From positions 1,736,001-1,800,000 of the forward strand of contig JAWMAR010000127.1 of NCBI GenBank assembly GCA_036785375.1: 64,000 nucleotides of DNA, given 5' to 3'. How positions within the stretch are numbered: position 1 is the first letter of the stretch; each line of letters begins with the position of its first letter. The notes below the pieces were generated by a model. The model was not told the origin of the DNA and did not search any database. It was given only the letters and a program-made list of their open reading frames with translations. The position numbers and the translations under genes were made by a program. This DNA is from Leucoraja ocellata (lineage: Eukaryota). Positions 24,915-36,100 of this stretch are shown here, one piece after another.

Positions 24915-25602
24915 TTGTACAGGGTCTTGGTGAGACCAAACCTGGTGTATTGTGTACAGTTTTGGTCTCCTAATCTGACGAAAGACATTCTTGCTACAGA
25001 GGGAGTTCAGAGTAGGTTCACCAGACTGATTCCTGGGATGGCAGAACTTTCATATGAAGAAAGACTGGATAGACTTGGCTTGTACTCACTAGAATTTAGA
25101 AGATTGAGGGGTGATCTTATAGAAACTTACAAAATTCTTAAGGGGTTGGACAGGCTAGATCCAGGAAGGTTTTTCCAGACGTTGGGGAAGTCCAGAACAC
25201 GGGGTCACAGTTTAAGGATAAGGAGGCGGTCTTTTAGGAGCGAGATGAGAAAAACATTTTTCACACAGAGAGTGGTGAATCTATGGAATTCTCTGCCACA
25301 GAAGGTAGTTGAGGCCAGTTCATTGGCTATATTTAAGAGGGAGTTAGATGTGGCCCTTTTGGTTAAATGGATCAGGGGTTATGGAGAGAAGGCAGGTACA
25401 GGATACTAATAATAATAATAATAAATTTTATTTATGGGCGCCTTTCAAGAGTCTCAAGGACACCTTACAAAAATTTAGCAAGTAGAGGAAAAACGGAGTT
25501 GGATACTGAGCTGGACGATCAGTCATGATCATATTGAATAGCGGTGCAGGCTCGAAGGGCCGAATAGCCTACTCCTGGCGCCTATTTTGTATGTTTCTAT
25601 GT
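24915..25602 (+). mobile_element. Young CR1 3' fragment with an inserted minus-strand L2-type 3' tail (about 25408-25494)
   Basis: 164-aa CR1 C-terminal ORF. The insert reads TGTAAGGTGTCCTTGAG...GAAAGGCGCCCATAAATAAA(TTA)n on the minus strand. Confidence 0.85.
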
Positions 25603-26010
25603 TACCACTGAAATTAATAGATTACAAATCTTGGGTGTGTTTTTTTAAGGCAAAGTGCTAAATATCTGTTACACTGGAAATTTCAAATGATTGACTGGTC
25701 TACACTCTTGGAAGGTTACATGATAAGGAATGGTTTGATAGTACAAAAGGTGTTTAATAATAGTTTTTTGTTGGCATTGATATTTATACAGAGGAGCTAC
25801 ATGTTCTCATGATAAAATGCTTACACATGTGTAAGTATAGGGTGTAGCTTTAAGATGACAACGGGAAAGTTAAAAGCAGACATCCTGGGCACATTTTTGT
25901 ACCTACACAGGTAGGTGGCTGGAATGTGCTGTTTCTTTCTATGTTCTATGCACATTTTTTCAGCAATCAGGTCTTGTTTCACTTGGCAACATATGATCGT
26001 ATTAACTTAC

Positions 26011-26087
26011 CCATTTGTGAAATAGATTCAGACACAACTTGGGCAAAGTTTGGTTCGTCAGTTGATTTCTCCATGAGAAAAGGTAAG
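26011..26087 (-). CDS. CFAP69: CFAP69 exon 5 (LPFLMEKSTDEPNFAQVVSESISQM)
   Basis: catcag acceptor, gtaagt donor, 77 nt, phase 2/1. Resembles human LPFLKKKVSDE. Confidence 0.92.
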
Positions 26088-27850
26088 CTGATGAAATCAA
26101 GCGGAGAAATTCCAGATAACAATGTTTTAAACATAAAATTAAGATAATGCAGACATTAATTATTCTACTTTATTCAATAATGTTTACCCTTTAAATCAAT
26201 GACAAAGCTTACAAGGCACATGCTAACAGAATCTATTGCACATGCCATACTCATTTATTTTACTAATGCTTACATTTCAATATCAACTTTTCCCATTGAA
26301 TGCCCACATTCATTTTAAATTATTTTAAAGTAAGATTAATGCAGGATTAATGTAAATTTATGGTTGATCATCAGTTGGCTGAAGGGTCTATTTTAATGAT
26401 ATCTCTCTATCAGTCTATGATTGATACTTACAGTGCCCTCTATAATGTTTGGGACAAACACCCATCGTTTATTTATTTGCCTCTGTACTCCACAAAAAGG
26501 CAATTTTTATACATTTTGGTTTCACCATGTAGAAATTACAAAATAGTTAATACATAGTTCCCCCATTTCAGGGCACCATAATGTTTGGGACACAGCAATG
26601 TCATGTAAATGAAAGTAGTCATGTTTAGTATTTTGTTGCATATCCTTTGCATGGAATGACTGCTTGAAGTCTACGATTCATGGACATCATCGCCAGTCAA
26701 TGGGTTTTGAGGCATTTGTTTGAACTTGAGTAATATGCTACATTAGGATGTGTCTATACACTTCAGAATTCATTATGCTACCATCAGCAGTTGTATCATC
26801 AATGAAGTAGTGAAACAACAAGTCGTGTAACTTCATGTACAGTTCTTTAATATCCATATAAAAGTCAGAGACTGCACAAAAGCCTCCACGTATTTACATC
26901 CTTATCAAAACTGACTGCCTTGCCCAGCTAACCAAATAGCACAAGATGGCATTGTGAAAATCATCCATGGATCATGAATTGGGTCAGCAAAACCGGGCAT
27001 GGATCAGATCAGTAATATAGTGATTGATCTACATCCTCCTTCTTTAGCTACTGCCCCATAAACTAAACACTAAGCATGCACATACGTAATGTGTACAGAT
27101 ATGAAAATGTAACAAAAAACTACAGCAAAGCAGCAGAGAATAAAGTAACGCAAAGTACAGTATAGTGATGTCAGTTATAGTCTGAAAAAACACATTAGGC
27201 ATAGTCTTTGTATGTGGGATTCGGATTGCAGACCCGTCTTGCACGCGTCCGGTACGGCCTCTCTGTGGTACTCCTTACAGGTGATGCCGCCTCCTGCACA
27301 AACTTCACAGGCGATGTCTTCATAGGCGATTTTGCAACCGGCACAGGCTTCCCAGGCGATTTCTGGACGGGTGGCTTTATGGGTGATTTCTACACCGGCA
27401 CCGATGTAAAGGCAGGCTCCTGATCCCAAAACTGCTCACGGTTTGCTGTCACATGTCTATCATTTAGAAGAGCATTACCATCTTCTGTCCTCATCATGTC
27501 GTCCGGATCATCCATAGGATCATATGGGATTTGCTACGATGGCACCGGCTCAATTACCCATAGGATGCGTCTCCGGTTCCTTCTGTAGAAACTTCCTTCA
27601 GACTGAACCAGACAGGATCTTGACTCCTGGCATGTCTTCTTGACAGTGTCCATGCAAACATATCCTTTCTGGGTTTGTAGCCTGACGGTCTGTCCTTCCA
27701 TCAATGGTTTGAGTGGTCGGCTTGATCGATCGTAGCATGCCTTTGGTGTCAGCGTTTTATTGTGCAGTTGAGCCTGATTTACAAGTGGCTCGTATTTGTG
27801 TGGCTGTAGCAGTTGCTTTGAGGTGGGAAGAGTGGCACGTATCTGAGTGG

Positions 27851-28585
27851 ACATAGAAACATAGAAAATAGGTGCAGGAGTAGGCCATTCGGCCCTTCGC
27901 GCCTGCACCGCCATTCAATATGATCATGGCTGATCATCCAACTCAGTATCCTGTACCTGCCTTCTCTCCATACCCCCTGATCCCTTTAGCCACAAGGGCC
28001 ACATCTAACTCCCTCTTAAATATAGCCAATGACCTGGCATCAACTACCTTCTGTGGCAGAGAAATCCAGAGATTCACCACTCTCTGTGTGAAAAATGTTT
28101 TCCTCATCTCGGTCCTAAAAGATTTCCCCCTTATCCTTAAACTGTGACCCCTTGTTCTGGACTTCCCCAACATCGGGAACAATCTTCCTGCATCTAGCCT
28201 GTCCAACCTCTTAAGAATTTTGTAAGTTTCTATAAGATCCCCCCTCAATCTTCTAAATTCTAGCGAGTATAAGCCGAGTCTATCCAGTCTTTCTTCATAT
28301 GAAAGTCCTGACATCCCAGGAATCAGTCTGGTGAACCTTCTCTCTAGGGCAAGAATGTCTTTCCTCAGATTAGGAGCAAAACTGTACGCAATATTCCAGG
28401 TGTGGTCTCACCAAGACCCTGTACAACTGCAGTAGAACCTCCCTGCTCCTATACTCAAATCCTTTTGCTATGAATGCTAACATACCATTCGCTTTCTCAA
28501 CTGCCTGCTGCACCTGCATGCCTACTTTTAATGACTGGTGTACCATGACGCCCAGGTCTCGCTACATCTCCCCTTTTCCTAATCT
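27851..28585 (-). mobile_element. Young CR1 3' fragment inserted in the Gypsy integrase
   Basis: 123-aa ORF near-identical to the end of the 664-aa CR1 ORF; octamer tail. Confidence 0.9.
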
Positions 28586-29409
28586 GGCCTTCACCGATTA
28601 TCCATCATTGAAGGCCAGAAAAACATGCACTTTGCTTTTTGCACAGTGGCTTCTGAACCGGGATGTCCCCTGTGTACGGCGTCAAAGCACTCTTGTTGGA
28701 GTGAGATCGGGATCACTGCCTTGTGGCCCTTCTTAATGACCCCATCATGAGTGGTTAGTTCGTTTCTAGTGGGGAAAGTGCCGAATAGTGGGCGGAAGCA
28801 TGTGCTGCATGCTGGGCCATCCATGTTTAATGATCAAGGTGAGCGTCTTTAGAGTAGCGTCTTCTGCGGTGTGTGTCACCACGTCTTTCAGATGAGATGG
28901 ATGAATGGGGTCAACCACCATGACATCGAAAGTGTTCTTCTCAGTTGTGTGTTGGGCAGTGTTTTTCCTTGGAGTCCGAGACAGAGTGTCGGCCAGGTAC
29001 ATGTGTTTTCCGTGTTTGTAAAGGAGAGTAATATCATACTTCTGGAGCCTTAGCATCATCCTTTGCAGTCTTGCCGGAGCCGCATGAATGTTTAGGATTG
29101 TTACCAGAGGCTGGTGATCGGTTTCTATGATTATCGGTTTGCCAAAGATGTAGTCGTTGAACTCGGCATACGCAAAGACCACTGCCAGCAATTCCTTTTC
29201 GATCTGTCCGTATCTAGTCTCAGTGTCCATCATTGTCCTGGAAGCATAGGCGACAGGCTTTTCTCCCTGCAGGCGCCAAGGCTGTACTGAGAAGCGTCGC
29301 AGGTAAGCACGACTGGCTGATTGACGTAGAACACGACATCTGTTGCGCAGTGTGTCAAAAGCACGTTGCTGCTGCTCGTGCCATGACCAGGCAGTATCTT
29401 TGTGAGAGG

Positions 29410-30101
29410 AGGCCCTGTCCCACTTGCGTGTCCTTGGCACGCAAATTACGCGACCTCTTCGTCACGTTGAGGCGCACGGGCATCGTGTGGCTGCGCGGGG
29501 CCTGTCCGACTGAGAAGCGCGGAGGGGTATGGAGTTGTGCGCGGTATCGCTTGGCGCTCCGGGATTTTGAACCGAATGAAATCTTCGTGTGCCAACGGGC
29601 TGTCGCGTAACTGACGGCCAAAGTGTGACAGGCCCAAGACCCTGGCGCGACGCAACGTCTCACCTCCAACAGCATCAAAAGCAGGCAAACGATCGTAGAA
29701 CTCAGCCTGGGGCTCACAGCCGTTGTGATCCTGATCTGCCCCCAATTCTACTCCCAGACCAGGACCAAGAAAATTGATGATAGACAGAAAATGTTGGAGT
29801 AACTCAGCGAGACCGACAGCATCTCTGGAGAGAAGGAATGGATGACGTTTCGGGTCAAGACCCTTCTTTCAGACTGGAGAGTCTCGACCCGAAACATCAC
29901 CCATTCCTTCTCTCCAGAGATGCTGCCGGTCCCGCTGAGTTACTCCTGCATTTATTGTCTATCTTCAAATTACGTCACGCGCTCCAGACGGCTGTGCGGG
30001 CGCATGAAGATGCGCGCGACTCTCGCGGGACCGTCGTGCCTCAAATCGATGACAAGGTCGCGTAATTAGCGTGCCAAGGACATGTAAGTGGGACAGGGCC
30101 T
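29410..30101. mobile_element. Harbinger-like MITE inserted in Gypsy pol, itself carrying a palindromic Penelope-terminus repeat (about 29778-29965)
   Basis: ~45-bp TIRs beginning AGGCCCTGTCCCACTT. TSD not cleanly preserved. Confidence 0.7.
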
Positions 30102-31997
30102 TAAGTTGCCGTAGGGGAGCTGAGAGCTCGTTGAAATTGGGAATTATTTCCCTAGGTAGTTGACCATGCCCAGAAATATCTGCAGGCTGGTGACATCTGT
30201 TGGCATCGTCATCTCACTGATGGGCACTGTCTTTGAAGGATCGGCTTTGAGGCCGTCACTTGTAAAAATATGTCCCACGTAACTCACCTGGTTGACGCGG
30301 AACTTACACTTGTGAGGATTACGTTTTGAGTGCACCTCCCAGGCACATTCGAGCACCTTTCTTAAGTTGTCGTCATGCTCTTTCATGTCTCTGCCCACAA
30401 GGATAATGTTGTCGACGACGCACAGCAGTGTCCGTCGACAATTTGTTCCATATTGCTTTGGAATACCTCACTGGCCGGGTTAATTTCTGAATGGCATCCG
30501 TAAGAAACTGTAGCAGCAGAAAGAAGTGCTGAAGGTGGTAAGCATTCATGATTTGTGGTCCAGAAGAATTTGCCAGAAAGAGTTCTTAGCATCCAGCATA
30601 GAGAATATCGTCGCTTTTCCTGTGCAGGTAGCTACTTCCTCTACCATGCGCATGAGTTGATGTGGTCTTTTCAGGGCAACGTTCAGGTCTCTGGGGTTGA
30701 TGCAAATACAAATCTCTGGTTTGTTCTTTTTGGTGGTAGCTACCATCGAGGACACCCAATAGGTTGGTTCCTGAACAGGCGAGATGTCCCCCAATGCTTG
30801 TATTCTGTCCAATTCAACCTTGACCTGGTCCCGCATAGCAATGGGAATGCGATATGCAGGACAAATGGGTCTCACTTCTAGGTCCAGAGTCATTGAATAT
30901 TCTACTGGTAGCTTTCCAAGTTAATCTGTGAAGAAATTGTGGTAATCAGTGAGGATTTGCTGTGTTGAATCAGGTATTCGAGATAGCTGATGACGACGTT
31001 GCTAAACGAAACTAGCCCCATATCTTTGCAGGCTTCTATTCCTGGTAGGGGTACCATATTAGCTTCGATGACATAGAACGGCAAGCTATGTCTGTTCCCC
31101 TTGGTGGCACTGCAGCTTTACCCTTCTGAGAGGATTGCCTTCACTGCCACCGCACGCCAGTAGGGTGGCATTGCATCCTTTTAGTTGTTTGGCATTCACA
31201 GTATTTTGAATGCGTCGATGTTAGGTATCTCTTCTGTGCTGCTATCAGATGGATCGGACAGTGGTTTGGAATGTAGCTGATGTGCGTGTTTTTTTGTCTT
31301 CTCTTTGTTGTGAACTCGTTGCGTGGATCTGCAGCATCTCCAAAAATGATTACGTCTTTTGCAGCCATGACAGATTTGACCGAAAGCGGGACATTTCTCC
31401 CCCTTAGCAGCGTAGATGCCTCCACAATTAGTGCTATCAGTAATAAATCAAATCGCAGGCTTATCAAGCTGCATTCTCATCGTGATCTCGGGCTTACATT
31501 GTCTTTGGAACCCAGCCAGAACAGCATCGATACCCAAGGTTGATCGCTGTGCATCAGTTAGCATTCTGGTGTTATAATGCCCGCAAAATGGAGACAGCCT
31601 TATCCAAAGTTAAGTCAGGGTCGCGGATAAGTTTTTTTCTTAGTTTATCACAAGTAAGACCGCACACTAGTCTGTCTCCAATAAGTTCGTTACAGAGCTC
31701 ACCAAATCTCCAGCTCCTTGCTGCCTTTTTAAGCTGTACATAACTAAAACTGATCTTGTGCTCATCCGGTTTTGCGTTTTTTCTGTTTGCGCAAATATAG
31801 TATGCGATAGAGCTACGACTTTTCACCACTTTACTCACCATTCTCCTGTGCTACAAGGGCAACAAGTTTTGTTCCGATCGATAGTATATATTAAAAGTTA
31901 TTAAGCTTTAAAAATCTTTAAAACTGCGCGTGCGCAGATTGGTCTCCTTTCCTGTCAGTCCCCGCCATGCAGATTGGTCACCTCCTGTTAGTCCTAT

Positions 31998-34188
31998 GCC
32001 CCAACTCTGGCTTACTTTGATGTGAAGCTGCCTGTAATGCTAACCTATGATGCCAAATAGTATGGATTGGGTGCTGCCTATCTTCAGAGCACCAGTGAAG
32101 GTGACAACAGATCTGTGGCATATACCTCTCGTCCAATGTCCGAGACTGAGCAACGCTATGCTCAATTCAAGAATGAACTACTGCCAGTGGTTTTCGCCTG
32201 TGAAAAATTCAAATACTTTATTTTTGGAAAGACTGTGACTGTTGAAACAGACCACCAGCCCCTGATCAGCATTTTGAACAAGCCAATCCATGCTGCTCTT
32301 GCCCGGCTGCAGCGGATGATGATGCAGCTTCAAAGGTACGACATCAAACTTGTTTACAAACCAGGCAAAGACATGCACCTAGCCGACACTCTATCCAGAG
32401 CCCCACGCAAGACCTGTGCGCAACAACCATCAGACAACGACACCTACATTGTGAAGATGGTGTCTTACCTTCCCACAGAGTGCCTGGATGACTTGGCTGC
32501 CCAGACAGCAGCCGATGACACCCTACAGTCCATGTCCTCGTTCATCCAGCGTGGCTGGCCGGATCAACAGCACAAGGTACCTGTTGCCATACGCCCGTAC
32601 TTCCCGGTCCATGATGAGCTTGTGCTCCAGGACGGTGTGATTGGTGTGTCATTCCAACTGCTTTACGAGACAAATATTTTGACTGTCCACAGGGGACATC
32701 CCGGCATCAAGGAAACCATTCTTCGAGCCAAGAGCATGTTTTTCTGGCCTGGAATGACCGAGTTTATATGGGAGCAGGTGGAAGCCTGCGTGATCTACAA
32801 TAGCCTGGTGCCCCATCAACCCAAGCAGACGTTTTTCCCTCACCCTGTCCCTGCCCTACCATGGTCCACACTGGCAACAAACATTTTTGAATGGCGTGGT
32901 AAACAATACCTGGTTCTGGTTGACTCGTACTCGGTCTGGTTTGAGATCGATCTGCTTCCCAGCCCCATTTCAGTAGTGGTGGTTCAAAAACAAGCACGAT
33001 ACTTTTCAATTCACGGTCTGGCCATGAAACCAATGGAAGCCAGTTCACCAATGCTTCAAGCATTTTGCCGAAAGATGGGACTTTCGTCACATTACCAGCA
33101 GTCCTGAATTTCCTCAATCGAACGGGCTGGCCGAGCGGGCAGTCCGCAGTGCCAAACAGGTGATGGAAAGATCTCATTTGGCAAAATCTGATGTTTACCT
33201 GGACTTGCTCAACTTAAGAAACATTGTCCGCGACCCAGTGTTAGGGTCTCCTGCCCAACGCCTCGTGTCAAGGCAGACCCGTACCACACTGCCTGTACCC
33301 AAGCATCTACTTCAGCCACAGGTTCGCAAGCAATTGGTAATTCAAGCACAACTTCAGCAATAAGCGCGCGATCCAGAAACATTCGTACTACAAAACATGC
33401 AGGCAAGTGGTCAAGTTGTACGACTTCAAACTGACAAGGGTCATGGTCGCCTTGGTTTAATCCGCAGCCCTGCACCAGAACAATGTTCGTACATGGTCAA
33501 TTCAAATGGAGGGACTTAACGGCGATACCGTCAACACTATCTACCAGTGAAGGAACTGCAACCCACGATCCCGTACCCAGATGTTCCTGGACTGTGTCAC
33601 CGTATGACTGATAAACTCCCTTCCCCGGCCCGGCGTCCGTTTGCGGAGTCTGCGCCCAGCAAGTATCCTGCCTTCTCGTCACCACGGTTGGTGTCCGTCT
33701 CCAGTCTCACCTCACCCGTCTCTTGGATCTCCGGTGTTCCAACAGGCCCCAGTCTCACAGTTTTCACTGGTAAAGGTTGGAGATGCGAGCTTATACCGTA
33801 CGCGTGCGGGTCGCATTTGCAAACCTACCCTTTGATATGGGGACTATGCTTAACCTGCTCTAGTGCAGAAGCGACTGCCTAATCTTATGAACGCCAGTTA
33901 AACTTGATTAGTTTTACTCACATATATATTTGTATTTTCTTAAGAGGAAAGATTTAGATCTGCTCTACCTATATGTTCACCAGTACTAACACACATATGT
34001 TACACACCACTCAGATCTATAATCCAGTCCGGGTTTTACCTTGTACTCACCATTTAATACTAACGTTTCCAGACACAAGCTGTCAGTCGAGATGCAGTTA
34101 CAGTGATGTCCACATGCTGTGTAACTTTATTAAATGCCAATAAACTTGTTGGATCTTTACTTGGAGTATGTGTTAATAGCTCTACACA
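31998..34188 (+). mobile_element. Second Gypsy remnant (RNase H-integrase plus 3' LTR about 33953-34188)
   Basis: 346-aa ORF with TDHQPL, HRGHPG, FFWPGM and LVLVDSYS. Purine tract AAGAGGAAAGA, then an LTR containing AATAAA. Confidence 0.88.
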
Positions 34189-34949
34189 CCTGAAGAGTGT
34201 TTCTGATCTGTCGGACAGGTGTTTGGGGATTTTTCATTATTTTAGAGAGAATTCTTTAGTCATCAGCTGTGGAGGTCTTCCATGGCCTGCCAGTCCCTTT
34301 GCTCACCAGTGTTCTCTTTCTTCTTAATGATGTTCCACACAATTGATTTTGGTAAGCCTAAGGTTTGGCTGATGTTTAACAGTTTTATTCTTGTTCTCAG
34401 TCTCATAATGGCTTATTTGACATTCATTGGCACAACTTTGGTCCTCATGTTGATAAACAGCAATACAAGTTTCCAAAGGTGATGGAAAAACTGGAGGAAA
34501 GACTAGGTGTTGAGAGCTCTCTTTTTCCTGCATTAAGGAGGCATTTAAACACACCTGAGAAAATACAAACACCTGTGAAGCCATGTGTCCCAAGCATTAC
34601 GGAGCCCTGAAATGGGGGGACTATGTATAAACACTGCTTTCATTTCTACATGCTGAAACCAAAATTATACAAATGGCCTTTATTAAAATCTGATAGTGTG
34701 CACTAACCACGTGTAATTTTTTCTATTACAAATTTCAAATTGTGTAGTACAGATGGGTCTTTGCCCCAAATATTATGGAGGGAACTGTATATAGATTATT
34801 GTACTGTAACTAGATTATTTGGCCACCATGTGGCAATATTCTCTTGAAATTTTGAAAATCAACATGTTGCAAATACTAAAAATACAATATAAAAACAAAA
34901 AAGAGGCTGGAATCTGTGGGAAGAGAAATAAAATCATAATTTTAGGTCA

Positions 34950-35590
34950 CCGGGACTGGAATGTGAGAAAATGAATTGCAAAAGCATTGGTGGCTGGATA
35001 GATAGGAGCAAGAGAATATCCTGGATAAGGTGAGGATAGGGTTGTCCAAGTTCACTGAGTGGTCTGCTTAATAGATTAGTCAGATTAGTTTGGGGGAGAG
35101 AAAACAAACAGGGATGCATTAGTACTGTGAAATGCAAATCCGAGCTGCTGCTAAATTTGTCTTCGTTAGAACAATGGAGGAGGTCATAGACATATAGATC
35201 AGAATGGGTGTGGGAAGGAGGCATCTGGTTGCCCTTAATGAGTGATCAGAGGTGTTCTGCAAAGCAATCTACATTTGGTTTATATAATGGAAAGAAGACC
35301 ACATTGTCAGCACCAAATGCAATAGATTAGATTGGAAGTAGTGCAAGTGAATCACTGCTTCATCTGGAATGACTGGGTCACTGTTGCTTCTCTTATAGCT
35401 GCATTGGAAAGTGCGATGAGAAGTGGTTGGTGAAGATGATAGACCAAGGAATCATTCAAGAATGGAATAGTCCTTTCGTTAAGCTGGAAAATTGTCAGGG
35501 AAAAATGTGTTAGGTGGTGGTATCTCATTGAAGATATTGGAAATTGTGTACGATAACCTGTTGAACATCGCTTTCCAGGCAATGCAAATT
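34950..35590 (-). mobile_element. Degenerate Penelope-like fragment
   Basis: Decayed similarity to the 47400-47750 and 49950-50160 segments. Confidence 0.5.
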
Positions 35591-35990
35591 AATTATCTAA
35601 AAGACAACTTTGAACTGTCCAAACGCCTTGAGAGACAAACATTTTTTTTAAACTACCCAACCATTGGTAAATCACCGTTGTTGCTCTCCTCTTCTAGTAT
35701 GCATGACCAGCTTCATTGTACAAAATTTGACTAAATTACATATTTCTGGTTACACAATCATAGCATCTGCCAATTCAAATCAATTATTTTTGTTGGCAAA
35801 TGATTTATTTTCTGGAAAATTAAAAATTAAAATATCTTCATATCCAATAATCTAATTATTGGTGCACTCATGTAGCATTTTGGGTCAAAATTATGAGTAT
35901 GTTTTAATTCACAGACTTTGAATCAAATATCTGGAATCTGAATCTAGTTAATTTTATACTAAAAAAATAAATGAAATATAAATCACTTAC

Positions 35991-36100
35991 CCACACAATT
36001 CGAGGATGTTACAAATTGGCTCTACATAAGCAATCTGATCTTTTACTTTTTCTGCACAAAGATTAAGAATTTTAAAGACTTGAACCAAGTCTTTAATTGG
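35991..36100 (-). CDS. CFAP69: CFAP69 exon 4 (PIKDLVQVFKILNLCAEKVK...ILELC)
   Basis: AG acceptor preceded by a U12-like branch point, gtaagt donor, 110 nt. Resembles human PLRDLAQIFKILNLC. Confidence 0.93.

Larger units (their letters stand above)
26803..31770 (-). mobile_element. Degenerate Gypsy LTR retrotransposon (gag-pol remnant plus 3' LTR 26803-27033)
   Basis: gag LIGDRLVCGL, RT LDAKNSFWQI and VDD, RNase H EKELLAVVF and TDHQPL. PPT AAAGAAGGAGGA followed by a TG...CA LTR. Confidence 0.88.
26431..34787 (-). mobile_element. IR/DR-type Tc1/mariner transposon, interrupted by Gypsy sequences
   Basis: TA on both flanks, TIR CAGTGCCCTCTATAATGTTTGGGACAAA with inner direct repeats. Transposase remnants ISQTLGLPKSIVWNII (about 34330-34380) and RLQAVIPCKGYATKY* (about 26625-26680). 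Confidence 0.88.
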
